Under the pieces are notes generated by a model, which saw only the letters and a program-made list of their open reading frames with translations, did no database searches and was not told the DNA's origin. 64,000 nt of DNA from NCBI GenBank assembly GCA_965214405.1, contig OZ243956.1:1184001-1248000 (forward strand). The letters are read 5' to 3'. The stretch comes from Trueperaceae bacterium. GTDB lineage: Bacteria; Deinococcota; Deinococci; Deinococcales; Trueperaceae. A program made the translations under genes and the position numbers. This document shows positions 40,159-51,324 of this stretch, one piece after another. Position 1 is the stretch's first letter. Each line of letters begins with the position of its first letter.

Positions 40159-42138
40159 TTAACCAACCCCTATCGCGTCGGGGTTTTGCAGAAGCCACAG
40201 TCTGCCGTAGGGCTCGAGCCGCGGTGCATAAGAAAGATTGATAAACGTCTCCTCCAACGCGTTAAAAGGCTCCGTCAAGCCGTTCTCGAAAAGCACCTCC
40301 ACGGGAAGAGGCTGCGGCGCTTCGCTAAAGTTGTATACGGCGACCATTGCGCCCAGCGGATGCAAGCGCCGGTAAACGTAGAGGTGCGGGTTGGGCGTGG
40401 TGAGCGTGACCGACTTGTAAGACGCGTGGAGGTGCGGGGTGCGCTTCCGAGCTCGGATGATCTTTTGGAGGCCTTCAAAAATACGCGCCTCGAGCGTACC
40501 CGGTTCAAAGCGCCGGTTGGCTTTTTCCCAGTCCATAGAAGGCCGGTGCAGCCAGCGGTTGTCGCCTGCGGTCTCGGGGTCCCTTGCATAACCGTAGTCG
40601 TTGAGCAGCCCGATTTCGTCGCCCATGTAGACGAGGGGGATGCCGCCGTAGCCCGCGATAAGCGCGTGACCCAGGAGGATGCGTTCAATAGAAAGAGTCA
40701 CGCGCACGGCGTCTCCCTCCTCCAGCGCCTCTTCCAGCCCCGCTAAGCTCGCAAACGTCCCGGAGATGCGCCGGTCTTGGGTGACCGGGTTGTACTGGAA
40801 TACCGCGCCCCTCGAGTGGCTCCCCCCGAACTCGCCAGCATAATAAGACGACAAAAACTGACGGTGCAAAAAGCCGTTTAAGCCCACCGCCGCCGCGTCC
40901 TCGTCGGTGACCGCCCAGCCGATGTCGTCGTGACCACGGATGTAGGTAGCCCAGGCGACGTTGGTGGGCGTGCGCGGGAACTCCTGCAAGGTGTGGGTCA
41001 TGAGCTTGGTATCGCGGCTCGCCAGAGAGGACCAGAACTGCACCATCAGCGTGTTGTGGTACGCGATGTTCGAGACCTTGCCGTGGTGCTTACCCGTGCC
41101 GAAGTAGTGAATCAAATCCTGCGGCGAGACGATGGCCTCGGCTTTATGCGCCACCGCGGGCGTGGCGACGCGCGAACAAGCGCGTAGAGCCTGGAGCAAA
41201 TCATAGACCTCGGGCTGGTTCTGCGAATTCGTGCCCAGCCGCTTCCACATAAACGCCACCGCGTCGAGCCGGAACACCTCGACGCCGCGGTTGGCAAGCG
41301 TGAGCATCACGCTTACGACGTCCAGAAACACCTCGGGGTTCGACCAGTTGAGGTCCCACTGGTACTCGTTAAAGGTCGTCCAGACCCACTTGTCCATCTC
41401 CGGATAGTGGGAGAAATTGCCGGGCGCGAAGTCGGGGAAGATTTCGGGAAGCGTACGCTCGTACTCGTCGGGCATGGTGCGGTCGGGGTACATGTAGAAA
41501 TAATCTTGATAGCGCGCGTCACCCGCCCTCGCCCGCCTCGCCCAGGGATGCTCTTTGGCGCAGTGGTTGAGGACCAAATCCACGCAGACGCTCACGCCGC
41601 GTTCACGCAAGATGCGGCAGAGGGTTTCCAAGTCGTCTATCGTCCCCACCTTCGGGTCCACCGCCTCATAATCCGCGACCGCGTAGCCGCCGTCGTTCTC
41701 GCCCTCGCGGGGCTTGATGATTTTCATGAGGTGGAGGTAGGTCACCCCCAGCGCTTCGATATAGTCGAGTTTTTCCGTTACCCCCTGAAGCGTGCCCGCG
41801 AAGCGCTCCACATAAAACACATAGCCGACCATGCCCTCGCGCTGAAACCAGTCGGGGCTTAAGTCGCGCTCGAGGTCGAGAAGCTTCAGGTCCTCGGGAC
41901 GCGCTCTATAGCCTTTAGCCAGCAGGACGACGAGGCGTTCTAACACCGCGTCAAAGTCGTCCCTGGCCCCGTACACGGGTTTAAGGCCGTCAAACAGATT
42001 TTGAAAATGGCGCTCGAGCCTCAGCCGAAAAAGTTGCGCGTCCCTGTCGGGAAGGTCTGAGAGGATGCGCTCGAGCGCGGGCTGGAGCCGGTCGAAGAGC
42101 CTGCGCGCCTCGGGCGTAAAGGTGAGAAGGTTTTGCAT
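40159..42138 (-). CDS. Amylosucrase-like GH13 glycosidase
   Basis: DGGYAV, QWDLN, RLDAVAF, KAEAIV, GHDDIGW. Confidence 0.85.
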   Translation of the reverse strand: MQNLLTFTPEARRLFDRLQPALERILSDLPDRDAQLFRLRLERHFQNLFDGLKPVYGARDDFDAVLERLVVLLAKGYRARPEDLKLLDLERDLSPDWFQREGMVGYVFYVERFAGTLQGVTEKLDYIEALGVTYLHLMKIIKPREGENDGGYAVADYEAVDPKVGTIDDLETLCRILRERGVSVCVDLVLNHCAKEHPWARRARAGDARYQDYFYMYPDRTMPDEYERTLPEIFPDFAPGNFSHYPEMDKWVWTTFNEYQWDLNWSNPEVFLDVVSVMLTLANRGVEVFRLDAVAFMWKRLGTNSQNQPEVYDLLQALRACSRVATPAVAHKAEAIVSPQDLIHYFGTGKHHGKVSNIAYHNTLMVQFWSSLASRDTKLMTHTLQEFPRTPTNVAWATYIRGHDDIGWAVTDEDAAAVGLNGFLHRQFLSSYYAGEFGGSHSRGAVFQYNPVTQDRRISGTFASLAGLEEALEEGDAVRVTLSIERILLGHALIAGYGGIPLVYMGDEIGLLNDYGYARDPETAGDNRWLHRPSMDWEKANRRFEPGTLEARIFEGLQKIIRARKRTPHLHASYKSVTLTTPNPHLYVYRRLHPLGAMVAVYNFSEAPQPLPVEVLFENGLTEPFNALEETFINLSYAPRLEPYGRLWLLQNPDAIGVG

Positions 42139-42236
42139 TCCTCATTTATACCAACCGCTCACCTTCACGCACCGCGCTCATCAACCACCGCGGGACGGTA
42201 AGACTTCTGTAAGAGACGAGTTTCTAAAGTGGGAGC

Positions 42237-43391
42237 ATGGAACCGAGTATCTCAGACCGCCCGCACCGTCCTTACGATAAGATTGAGACCCCTACGCGCC
42301 CCTCCAAACCTCAGCCAGAAGCGCGTGCAGGGCTCATTGTCGAGCTTACTCAGCTCGCCTTGTCCGCTTCCGACGCGCCCGCCGCGGTCGCGCCTATTCT
42401 CGACACGCTGGTCGCGCGCACCGCGGCGGCGGGCTCGGCGTATTTTCAAAGCGGGGGCGGCTTTTTTAGGGCGCGCTCCGCCGCGGGCGTGATGCCCGAA
42501 GGCCCGACGATGGACGCCATTTTGGCGCACGGTCTGCCCGCCGACACGCCGCTCATGTGCGCGCTCCAAACCACGCCCGCCCCCCTCTTTTTTGACGACA
42601 CCCGCAGCGCCCCGGAGGCGGCGGGGTTTCCTCAACTGGGCGTCACGAGCCTCGCCGCCGCTCCCGTGCGCGACCGCCAAGGAAGACTCCTTGGCGCGTT
42701 TCTCATGCACACCTTTGAAGCGCACGTGTGGCTCGAGCGTGAGGCCGACTTGTTCGGCGCGGTCGCGGGCGTGCTCGCCAACTTGGCGGCGCGTTTGGTC
42801 GCGGAGGAGCAGGCGGAGGAGGCGCGACGCGTGGCGCTCGCCGCCCGCGAGGACGCGATTCGCTCGCTCGGCCTGGCCGTCGAGAACCGCGACAGCGAGG
42901 TCAAGGGCCACACCGACCGCGTGACCGACTTGGCGCTGCGCATCGGCGGGGCGCTGGGTTTGGACGAGGCGCAACGCAACGCGCTCCGCTGGGGCGCGTA
43001 TCTGCACGACGTGGGCAAAATCAGCATCCCCGACGCGATTTTGCACAAGCCCGGTCGGCTTACCGGCGACGAATGGCAGATCATGAAAACGCACGTGCAA
43101 ACGGGCTACGCGTTCGCCGAGCAGTTAACGTTTCTGCCCCAAGAAACGCTCCAGACCGTCCTGCATCACCACGAGCGCTGGGCGGGCGGCGGCTATCCGC
43201 ACGACAAAAAGGGTGAGGACATCCCGCTCTTGGCCCGCATCTTCTCCATTTGCGACGTGTACGACGCGCTGACCAGCAAGCGCCCCTACAAGGAGCCCTG
43301 GAGCCACGAGGCGGCGGTGGCGGAAATTCAAAAGCAGGCGGGGGAGCAGTTCGACCCGGCGGTGGTCGCGGCGTTCTTAAACATCTTCTGA
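42237..43391 (+). CDS. GAF + HD-GYP phosphodiesterase
   Basis: GHTDRV, LHDVGK, HHERWAGGGYP, DVYDALT. Confidence 0.92.
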   Translation: MEPSISDRPHRPYDKIETPTRPSKPQPEARAGLIVELTQLALSASDAPAAVAPILDTLVARTAAAGSAYFQSGGGFFRARSAAGVMPEGPTMDAILAHGLPADTPLMCALQTTPAPLFFDDTRSAPEAAGFPQLGVTSLAAAPVRDRQGRLLGAFLMHTFEAHVWLEREADLFGAVAGVLANLAARLVAEEQAEEARRVALAAREDAIRSLGLAVENRDSEVKGHTDRVTDLALRIGGALGLDEAQRNALRWGAYLHDVGKISIPDAILHKPGRLTGDEWQIMKTHVQTGYAFAEQLTFLPQETLQTVLHHHERWAGGGYPHDKKGEDIPLLARIFSICDVYDALTSKRPYKEPWSHEAAVAEIQKQAGEQFDPAVVAAFLNIF

Positions 43392-44521
43392 CCGGATAGC
43401 GCGCGCCCGCGCCTCCCGCACCCGCCGCGCCGCCTCCTCCGGGCTGGGTGCCAACGCCGTGAGGTGGCCCATCTTACGCCCCGTACGCGCCTCCCCCTTG
43501 CCGTAAAGGTGCAGGTGGATTTCGGGCAGCTTTAGGGCCGCCGCCCAATCCGGCGCTCCCCCTTCCCACAAGTCGCCCAAAAGGTTCGCCATCGCCGCAG
43601 GGCGTAGGAGCGTGGTGGTGCCCAGAGGCAAACCACAGACCGCCCGGAGCTGATTTTCGAACTGACTTGTCGCGTGGGCCTCGAGCGTCAAGTGACCCGA
43701 ATTGTGCGGCCTCGGCGCGAGTTCGTTGATGACAAGCTTCTCCCCTACCAGAAAAAACTCGACGCACATGATGCCGACGACGTTTAGGGCCCCCAGCACC
43801 CCCCGCGCAATCTCCACCGCCTCGTTCTCAACTTTTCTGGGTACGTCGGGCGGCGCGATTGACACGTCCAGAATATGCTTCTCGTGCCGGTTCTCAATCA
43901 CGCCGTAGTGAGCGAAGTCTCCACTAAGCCCGCGCGCCGCCACGACGGAGAGTTCGCGCTCGAAGGGGATAAAGGCCTCGAGCACCGCCTCTCCCCCGCC
44001 GAGAGCCGCGAACGCGACTTTCGCTTCTTCGGGTGTCGTGACCGTCGCCTGTCCCTTGCCGTCGTAGCCAAAGCCCGCCGTTTTAAGTACCGCGGGGACG
44101 CCGAGCTCCTGGAGAGCCGCCCCCAAATCGTCTACATTTCGGATAGCGCGAAAGGGGGCCACGGGAAACCCGGCATCGGAAAGAAAGGTTTTCTCGCGCA
44201 GACGGTTCTGCGCCACGTGAAGCGCCCTCACACCTGGTCGAACGGGCGCGTATTCCGACGCGGCCTCGAGCGCCGCCACGGGGATGTTCTCGAACTCCAA
44301 GGTCACCACGTCCACCTCACGCGCAAAGACTCGAACGGCGTCCAGGTCGTCGTAAGCAGCATTCTTTTCAACGTCGGCAACCTGCCCCGCGGGTGTATTT
44401 GAACCCGGCGAGAGAACGTGAACCCGGTAGCCCATCCTCTTGGCAACAAACGCCAGCATCCGCCCAAGCTGACCGCTCCCCAAGATGCCAAGAGTCGCGC
44501 CCGGAAGAATCGCGGGAGGCG

Positions 44522-44525
<4 letters not shown>
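43377..44525 (-). CDS. purK: N5-CAIR synthase
   Basis: [32 protein letters not shown]. Confidence 0.95.
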
Positions 44526-45035
<510 letters not shown>

Positions 45036-45043
<8 letters not shown>

Positions 45044-46004
45044 GAAGCTCCTTGGCGGCTCGAGCCAACCTGTCGCGCACCGCCAGCCACGCATCACCCT
45101 CAAGGGGCGCTTCGACGATGATGCGTTCGGCGCCGCTCTCGTCAAGCTCGCGCAGCGCCGCGTAAAGTTCACGTCCAAAGGCGGCGGGCGTGTTCGGCAG
45201 GGTTTTCCAGAGGATGTCCCCGTACTCTTTCGGTTGAGGATGTTTGGCAAGAACGCCTAAATTTTTATCTGAATGCTGCTCGAGATACGCCGCCAACTCC
45301 TCCGAAGGAACAACAAAAGTAGGTGTCGTGGGTGCGTAGTGGCTCGCCAGCCCACCGGGGGCTCGCACGCTGCCAGCCTCAAGGCTCAGCTCGGTTCCTA
45401 GCACAGTCTCGAGCCGTTCCACCGTGACCCCGCCGGGCCGCAGCAGGCGCGGGATGCCCGTACTCAAATCGAGAATGGTGGACTCCAAACCCACCTCGCA
45501 GGGACCGCCGTCGAGAATCATGTCCACCGCCCCGTCAAGCTCGGCGCGCACGTGCTCGGCTCGCGTCGGGCTGATACGGCCAAAACGGTTGGCGGAGGGC
45601 GCGGCCACGCCGCCGCCGAAAGCCTCGAGCAGCGCCAGCGCCAACGGGTGCCCCGGTACCCGCAGCCCCACCGTGTCCTGTCCGCCCGTGACCGCGTCCG
45701 GTACACCATTCGAACGTTTCAAGATGAGAGTCAGCGCGCCGGGCCAGAACGCCTCAGCAAGGCGGTGAGCCGCTTCGGGAACCTCTCGTGCCCACCCTGC
45801 CAACGCGCCCGCCGAAGGAAGGTGGACGATAACCGGGTGGTCGGCGGGGCGTCCCTTGGCAATGAAGATTTTTTTGACCGCTTCTGGGTTCTTTGCGTCC
45901 GCCCCCAAACCGTACACCGTCTCGGTCGGAAACGCAATGAGCCCGCCTGCACGGAGAATCTTTGCTGCCTCGTCAATTTGAACTTGTCGACTGTCAAAAC
46001 TCAT
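45036..46004 (-). CDS. sua5: Threonylcarbamoyl-AMP synthase (Sua5 type)
   Basis: [19 protein letters not shown]...HYAP. Confidence 0.93.
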
Positions 46005-46049
46005 GGCCCCGCCGTTCGTGTCACCCTCACAGTCTATGCCAAGCACCCT

Positions 46050-47312
46050 CTAGCGAATCAAGATGATTCTCAGATCGTTCACGTTGGTGTGCGTCGGCCC
46101 CGTCACAAAAAGCGCGTCTGTGACGGCAAAAAAGCTATAAGAATCGTTGTCGTCCAGATGGCGCAGCGCCTCGCGCACCCCCACCCGTTCAAAAAGGTCC
46201 GGCCCCACCACCGCGCCCGCGTTGTCCTCGCTGCCGTCGACGCCGTCGGTGTCGGCGGCCAGCGCGTAAACGTCCGGCAAGCCGCGCAGTTTGGAAGCTA
46301 GCGCAAGCAAAAATTCGCCGTTCCGTCCACCTCTGCCCGCACCGCGTACGGTCACGGTGGTCTCGCCACCTGAAAGCAGCGCGCAAGGCCGCGCCAAAGG
46401 CTGAGCGTAGCGCACCACCTGGCGCACAAGCGCCGCGTGAAAGCGGGCCGCCTCGCGCGCCTCGCCCGTGAGCGAGTCCGACAGGATGAGCGGCGTGACG
46501 CCCCGCTCACGAAAAAACTGGGCCACACGCTCCAACATCCCCTGCGCGCTCCCGATGAGGATATTCTCGACTCGCTCAAAAAAAGCGTCACCCGGTTTGG
46601 GCGTCTCCGGCACCTCGCCCCGCATTCCCTTCTCCAAAAATCGCCTCACTTCAAGAAAAGGGAGGTCGTAGCGGTCTAGCACGTCTAGCGCGTCCCCGAA
46701 CGTGCTCGAGTCGGCCACGGTAGGGCCGGAGGCGACGCTCGAGAGCTCATCGCCCGCCACGTCGGAAAGGATGAGCGAGAGCACCCGCGCAGGTGCCGCC
46801 GCCGCTGCCAACCGCCCGCCCTTGACTTTGGAAAGGTGCTTGCGAAGAGTGTTCATCTCGGTGATGTCCGCGCCCGAACGCAGGAGCGCGCGCGTCAGCG
46901 CAGTCTTTTTTTCAAAACTCACCCCGTCCGGCGCGGTGAGGAGCGCCGAGCCGCCGCCCGAGATGAGGCATAACATCAGGTCGTCGGGACCCAGGCTGCG
47001 GGCAAGTGAGAGCGCCCGCGCCGTCGCCGCCCGCCCCGCCTCGTCGGGCACCGGGTGCCCCGCTTCTATCACCTCAATCGTTTGAGTAGGCAGCGCGTGC
47101 CCGTAGCGGGTGATAACGAACCCCTCCAGTTTGTGATGCTGATAATGCGCCTCAACGATTCTCGCCATCGCCGCCGCCGCTTTGCCCGTACCGAGAACGA
47201 CGAGACGGCCCTTTGGGGGCGGCGGCAGGTGAGGCGGCAGCATCCGCGCCGGTTGGACAGCCCCCAACCCCGCCCAAAACGCCTCTTGCAGCAGCACCTT
47301 GGCGTCCGTCAC
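46050..47312 (-). CDS. Glycerate 2-kinase (MOFRL/TtuD)
   Basis: GKAA, ISGGGSAL, GGETTV, GGRN, TDGVDG, TNVND. Confidence 0.92.
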   Translation of the reverse strand: MTDAKVLLQEAFWAGLGAVQPARMLPPHLPPPPKGRLVVLGTGKAAAAMARIVEAHYQHHKLEGFVITRYGHALPTQTIEVIEAGHPVPDEAGRAATARALSLARSLGPDDLMLCLISGGGSALLTAPDGVSFEKKTALTRALLRSGADITEMNTLRKHLSKVKGGRLAAAAAPARVLSLILSDVAGDELSSVASGPTVADSSTFGDALDVLDRYDLPFLEVRRFLEKGMRGEVPETPKPGDAFFERVENILIGSAQGMLERVAQFFRERGVTPLILSDSLTGEAREAARFHAALVRQVVRYAQPLARPCALLSGGETTVTVRGAGRGGRNGEFLLALASKLRGLPDVYALAADTDGVDGSEDNAGAVVGPDLFERVGVREALRHLDDNDSYSFFAVTDALFVTGPTHTNVNDLRIILIR

Positions 47313-47528
47313 AGGTTGAGGAACCTCCTTTGGTAAAGCTGTTTAGGCGGCGGGTAGACGGTCTGCACTCCTCTACTTTACCCGCTTCTCCTCACAACGC
47401 GCGCCCATACAGCGGTTTTATTGGTTGGTTCAGCGCAGATAGCATCTCATAAACTACATCCCCCACGGTAATTCTCGACCTGAATCTCCCTCAAACCAGA
47501 TGCTACCTGCTATACGCTAGAATGCCCT

Positions 47529-47807
47529 ATGTTCTTTCGACGCAGAAACCCCAATTTCAAAGAAGAGGGCAGCTTTCTACTCGCCCAGGTCCGCACCTCC
47601 CGCAACGGCGAAATCATCCCCGTCAGGCTCTCCAAAACGAGCGAGATGAGTTTGCAGGGCAACGGCTACTTTGTCCGCAAAACGCTGATTGGCTCCCAGA
47701 CGTTCGACCAGGCGACGCTCGAGATTACCCTCAACCGCCGCCACCGCATTCTCAATGCCGCCGTGGACGGGGGCGAGCTCGTGCCGGTCAAGGAGTGGGA
47801 GGACTAA
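47529..47807 (+). CDS. Hypothetical protein
   Basis: 92-aa ORF abutting ppa, downstream of a -10-like TATACG/TAGAAT. Confidence 0.7.
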   Translation: MFFRRRNPNFKEEGSFLLAQVRTSRNGEIIPVRLSKTSEMSLQGNGYFVRKTLIGSQTFDQATLEITLNRRHRILNAAVDGGELVPVKEWED

Positions 47808-47808
47808 C

Positions 47809-48327
47809 GTGCATCCCTGGCACGACGTCCCGCCCGGCGACGCCGAAGCGCTCCGCATCGTCGTCGAGGTGCCCCGCGACACCACGACGAAGTACGAACT
47901 CGACAAAGACTTAGGCGTCTTGAACGTCAACCGTATTTTAAGCCCGCCCGTGACCTACCCGGCCAACTACGGCTTCGTGCCCCGCACGCTGGACGAAGAC
48001 GGCGACCCCCTAGACGCGCTCGTGCTGATGCAAAACGCGGTGGTACCCCTCAGCGTTTTGCGCGCCAGACTCGTCGGCGTGGTGCGTTTTAGGGACGAGG
48101 GCGACTCGGACGACAAACTCATCTGCGTGCATATCGACGACCCGGTGACCGCCGCTTACGAGTTGGTGGAGGCGCTGCCGGAGTATCAGCGAGATGAGCT
48201 CAAGTGGTTTTTCGAGAGTTGTAAGGGCAACCAGGACGGGGCCGAGGTCGAAGGGTTTAGGGGAGTGAAGGAGGCGCAGGGGGTGTTGAGGACCTGTCTC
48301 GAGCGGTACGAGAAAAGGTTCAAGTAG
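47809..48327 (+). CDS. ppa: Family I inorganic pyrophosphatase
   Basis: HPWHD, KYE, YPANYGF, DGDPLD, DDK. Confidence 0.88.
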   Translation: MHPWHDVPPGDAEALRIVVEVPRDTTTKYELDKDLGVLNVNRILSPPVTYPANYGFVPRTLDEDGDPLDALVLMQNAVVPLSVLRARLVGVVRFRDEGDSDDKLICVHIDDPVTAAYELVEALPEYQRDELKWFFESCKGNQDGAEVEGFRGVKEAQGVLRTCLERYEKRFK

Positions 48328-48331
48328 CCCC

Positions 48332-48715
48332 CTACTGCGCGCTCACCAGATCGGGCCGCAAAGAGACCGCCTCGCGCAAATAAATATGCTTCATCTCCCT
48401 CTGGCTTTTGGTGGTGTTGACTTGCAGCATCACCCGGACGGCGCGCGGCAGACGGTTCGGCACCGGGATTTCCTGATTGCAAATTAGAGGCACCATGTCC
48501 ATGCCCAGCCGCCGCGCGGCCTCCGCCGGAAAGGTGCTCTTTAGGTCGGGCGTGGTGGTAAAGAAGATGGCGGCGATGGGCTCGAAGTCGTGGACGCCGT
48601 TGGCGGAGAGCATCTGCTCCAAGAGCTCCTTCGTGGCCTCCAAGATCTCCTCCGGCTCATCGCGTTCAACCGTCGTCGCCCCGCGCACGCCCCGCAACCA
48701 GTAAGTGTCGCTCAT
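48332..48715 (-). CDS. aroH: AroH chorismate mutase
   Basis: RGVRGATT, FPAEAAR, HIYLREA..LRPDL. Confidence 0.93.
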   Translation of the reverse strand: MSDTYWLRGVRGATTVERDEPEEILEATKELLEQMLSANGVHDFEPIAAIFFTTTPDLKSTFPAEAARRLGMDMVPLICNQEIPVPNRLPRAVRVMLQVNTTKSQREMKHIYLREAVSLRPDLVSAQ

Positions 48716-48872
48716 AACCGCAGTCTAGCAGAGCCTGCGCGCCTACGCAGCGTGCGGTGCGCGCCTCCCTTTTAAGCCGGTCCTTTTGTGCCGACGCGTA
48801 CGGGTGAAGTTCGGAATTCACTTCCGTCATACCCGACGCTGTCCCGCCGACTTTGCGGTAGCCCCTTTCGCG

Positions 48873-49793
48873 TCAGGCAGCGTGTTGATGGTCGGCAAGC
48901 GCGTTAGCGACGACGCGCCGGGCTTCTGCTTCTAGGGGGTGGGTCGTCTGATACTCAGCAAGCGTAACGAGCGCTTTCCACAGCGCCCAGCCGCGCCCTC
49001 GAGCCCAAGTCGCACGGTCCACCGAAAGCGCCCCGCGAAACGCCTCCCGGCTCTTTCCCGACAGAAGCGTCCACGCAATCACCAGGTCGCAGGCGGGGTC
49101 GCCCACCCCTAAACAGCCAAAGTCGATGACGGCGCTCAGGCGGCCCTCTTTAACCAAAAGATTGCCCGCGGCTACGTCCCCGTGAATCCAGACGGGGGAG
49201 CCGTGCCAGGTGGCGTTAAGGGCGGCGTCCCATACCGCGGTCGCCGCGGCGACGTCAATCTCACCCTCCAAGGCTGTGAGGGCGTTTCGCATCTCGGCGT
49301 CGTAGACGCTCAGCGGCCCGCCGCGAAAAAAGTTGTGCGGCCCAGGAGGCGGCCCACCGGCAGAGTCAATCTTTTGCAAGGCGACGAGAAACCGGGCCAA
49401 TGCGGTTGCGAATGCGGAGGGGTCGTCTATGCGTTTTAAGGTGGCGTTCTCGCCCTCGAGCCAGCGGTAGACCGACCACGGCCAGGGGTAACCTTCGGCG
49501 GGACGCCCCAACGCCAGCGGGCGGGGGATGGGCAGCGGCAGGAGCGGCTCGAGCCTGGGCAACCACCTTTGCTCCTTCTCCACTTGCGCCGCGTACCCCT
49601 CGGCGCTCGGGAGTCGCACGCTCATGGTCTCACCGAGACGGAAGGTTCTGTTGTCCCATCCGCTCGTCTCGACCGGCTCGACAGAAAGGTCCGCCCACTG
49701 GGGAAACTGGGCGGCAATCAACCGGCTCACGAGGGTCGCGTCGATGGTCACCTTATTAACAGAATTAACCTTATCAAAGGAATTAACAGACAT
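48873..49793 (-). CDS. Aminoglycoside phosphotransferase (APH) family kinase
   Basis: GWDN, HGD...N, IDFG, GDPACD. Confidence 0.88.
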   Translation of the reverse strand: MSVNSFDKVNSVNKVTIDATLVSRLIAAQFPQWADLSVEPVETSGWDNRTFRLGETMSVRLPSAEGYAAQVEKEQRWLPRLEPLLPLPIPRPLALGRPAEGYPWPWSVYRWLEGENATLKRIDDPSAFATALARFLVALQKIDSAGGPPPGPHNFFRGGPLSVYDAEMRNALTALEGEIDVAAATAVWDAALNATWHGSPVWIHGDVAAGNLLVKEGRLSAVIDFGCLGVGDPACDLVIAWTLLSGKSREAFRGALSVDRATWARGRGWALWKALVTLAEYQTTHPLEAEARRVVANALADHQHAA

Positions 49794-49820
49794 TTTACGG
49801 ACAAACCCTCAATACAAACA

Positions 49821-49850
49821 GAGGAGGCTGGACTTTCATCCAGCCTCCTC
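49821..49850 (-). terminator. Hairpin downstream of rpmB
   Basis: GAGGAGGCTGGA...TCCAGCCTCCTC perfect 12-bp stem. Confidence 0.75.
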
Positions 49851-49867
49851 TACTAAAAACGCTAAAC

Positions 49868-50095
49868 TTACGCGCCGACGGTTTTGCCGGAACGGATGCA
49901 CGAGGTGCAGACGCGCTGCGTCTTGCTCTGCCCGCCCCGCCACACCTTGACGCGCTGCAAGTTCGGGTACTTCCACTTTTTGGTGATGCCCGTGGTGTTC
50001 TTGCCCACGCCGCCCTCGCGCTTGGCTTTCCCGCTCCGGACCACGTCGTTGAGAACGATGGGTTTCTTGCCGCAGATTTCGCATACTTTTGCCAT
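49868..50095 (-). CDS. rpmB: 50S ribosomal protein L28 (zinc-ribbon form)
   Basis: [10 protein letters not shown]...PNLQ...VCTSC. Confidence 0.93.
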   Translation of the reverse strand: MAKVCEICGKKPIVLNDVVRSGKAKREGGVGKNTTGITKKWKYPNLQRVKVWRGGQSKTQRVCTSCIRSGKTVGA

Positions 50096-50269
50096 GACTC
50101 ACCTCTAAAATTTCTATTCACACCTGATGATGTGCGCTGGGGCACAAGCCTAAAGAGTGTAGCACGCGGCGGCAGGTAGCGTAAAGCCGTGTTTGACGAT
50201 GACGACGCCTTTTATGACCGCGTCTCGCCCCTGCGAGAGGAGCTGGGGACGCGCTACCTATCTTCAAAC

Positions 50270-50305
50270 GCTTGATTTATACAAGCAGGTGCATATATTA
50301 TCAGG
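50270..50305 (+). promoter_or_regulatory. Possible ArgR boxes / promoter of argF-argC-argJ
   Basis: TGCATATATTATCA resembles TGMAT-N4-ATKCA; AT-rich patch upstream of arg genes. Confidence 0.35.
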
Positions 50306-50382
50306 AGCTTGCGGGGCTCGAGGGGTACGCGACTTTACACTGAACCTCTACACACTGACGCCTCTACACGTGAAGGGCTGAG

Positions 50383-51324
50383 ATGAAACCAACCATGATT
50401 GACAGTTTGCAGGGCCGCGACCTGCTCTCGCTCGCCGCCTTGAGCCGTGAGGAATTTCACGGCCTTTTGGAGAGCGCCTTAGAGCTCAAAAGAGCCTGGA
50501 AAGAGGGCGAGCGTCCGCAAGCCTTGGCGGGCAAAACCATCGCCATGATTTTTGAGAAACAGTCCCTGCGGACGCGCTCGACGTTTGACATTGCGATGTA
50601 TCAGCTTGGCGGTCACTCGGTCCTGCTGAGTCAGAACTACATCGGCTGGGGCGTGCGCGAGACCGTTCGGGACGTGGCGCATAACTTAGAGCGCTGGGTC
50701 GAGGGCGTGATGGCGCGCACCTACGGCCACGGAACGCTTACCGAACTCGCACACCACGCCGACGTGCCCGTTATCAACGGACTTTCGGACCGCCTGCACC
50801 CCTGTCAGCTTTTGGCCGACTATCTCACGCTCAAAGAGACGTTTGGGGAGCTCGAGGGTCTCAAAGTGACGTTCGTGGGCGACGGCAACAACGTCTGCAA
50901 CTCGCACCTCAACGCCGCTATGCACGCGGGCACCGCGCTGACCATTGCCTGCCCGGAAGGTTTCGACCCGGACGAAGAAATTTTGGAACGGGCGAGGGCG
51001 GCGGGCGCAAATGTGCGCATCCTCCGCGACCCGCGCGAGGCGGCGGCGGGCGCGGACGCGCTCTATACCGACGTGTGGATTTCGATGGGGCAGGAGGAGG
51101 ATACCGAGAAGCGCCGCGAAGCGTTTAACGGCTACACGGTCACGCCCGAGTGGTTTGACGACCTCTCGCCGCGCGGCATCTTTATGCACGATTTGCCCGC
51201 GCACTACGGCGAGGAATGCACCGAAGAGGCCGTGTATCACCCCCGCAGCCGCGTCTTTGACCAGGCCGAAAACCGGCTGCACGCGCACAAGGCGATCCTT
51301 TTGCAGCTTCTTGGGGCGAGCTGA
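50383..51324 (+). CDS. argF: Ornithine carbamoyltransferase
   Basis: SLRT, HPCQ, GDGNN, TDVWISMG, QAENR. Confidence 0.9.
   Translation: MKPTMIDSLQGRDLLSLAALSREEFHGLLESALELKRAWKEGERPQALAGKTIAMIFEKQSLRTRSTFDIAMYQLGGHSVLLSQNYIGWGVRETVRDVAHNLERWVEGVMARTYGHGTLTELAHHADVPVINGLSDRLHPCQLLADYLTLKETFGELEGLKVTFVGDGNNVCNSHLNAAMHAGTALTIACPEGFDPDEEILERARAAGANVRILRDPREAAAGADALYTDVWISMGQEEDTEKRREAFNGYTVTPEWFDDLSPRGIFMHDLPAHYGEECTEEAVYHPRSRVFDQAENRLHAHKAILLQLLGAS

Noticed and set aside
45044..45250. Long N-terminal extension of purE in the ORF track
   Set aside because: It overlaps sua5; the ATG at 45043 is the plausible start.
48873..49793. Acquired antibiotic resistance gene
   Set aside because: Generic APH-family kinase with host-like composition and no mobile context.
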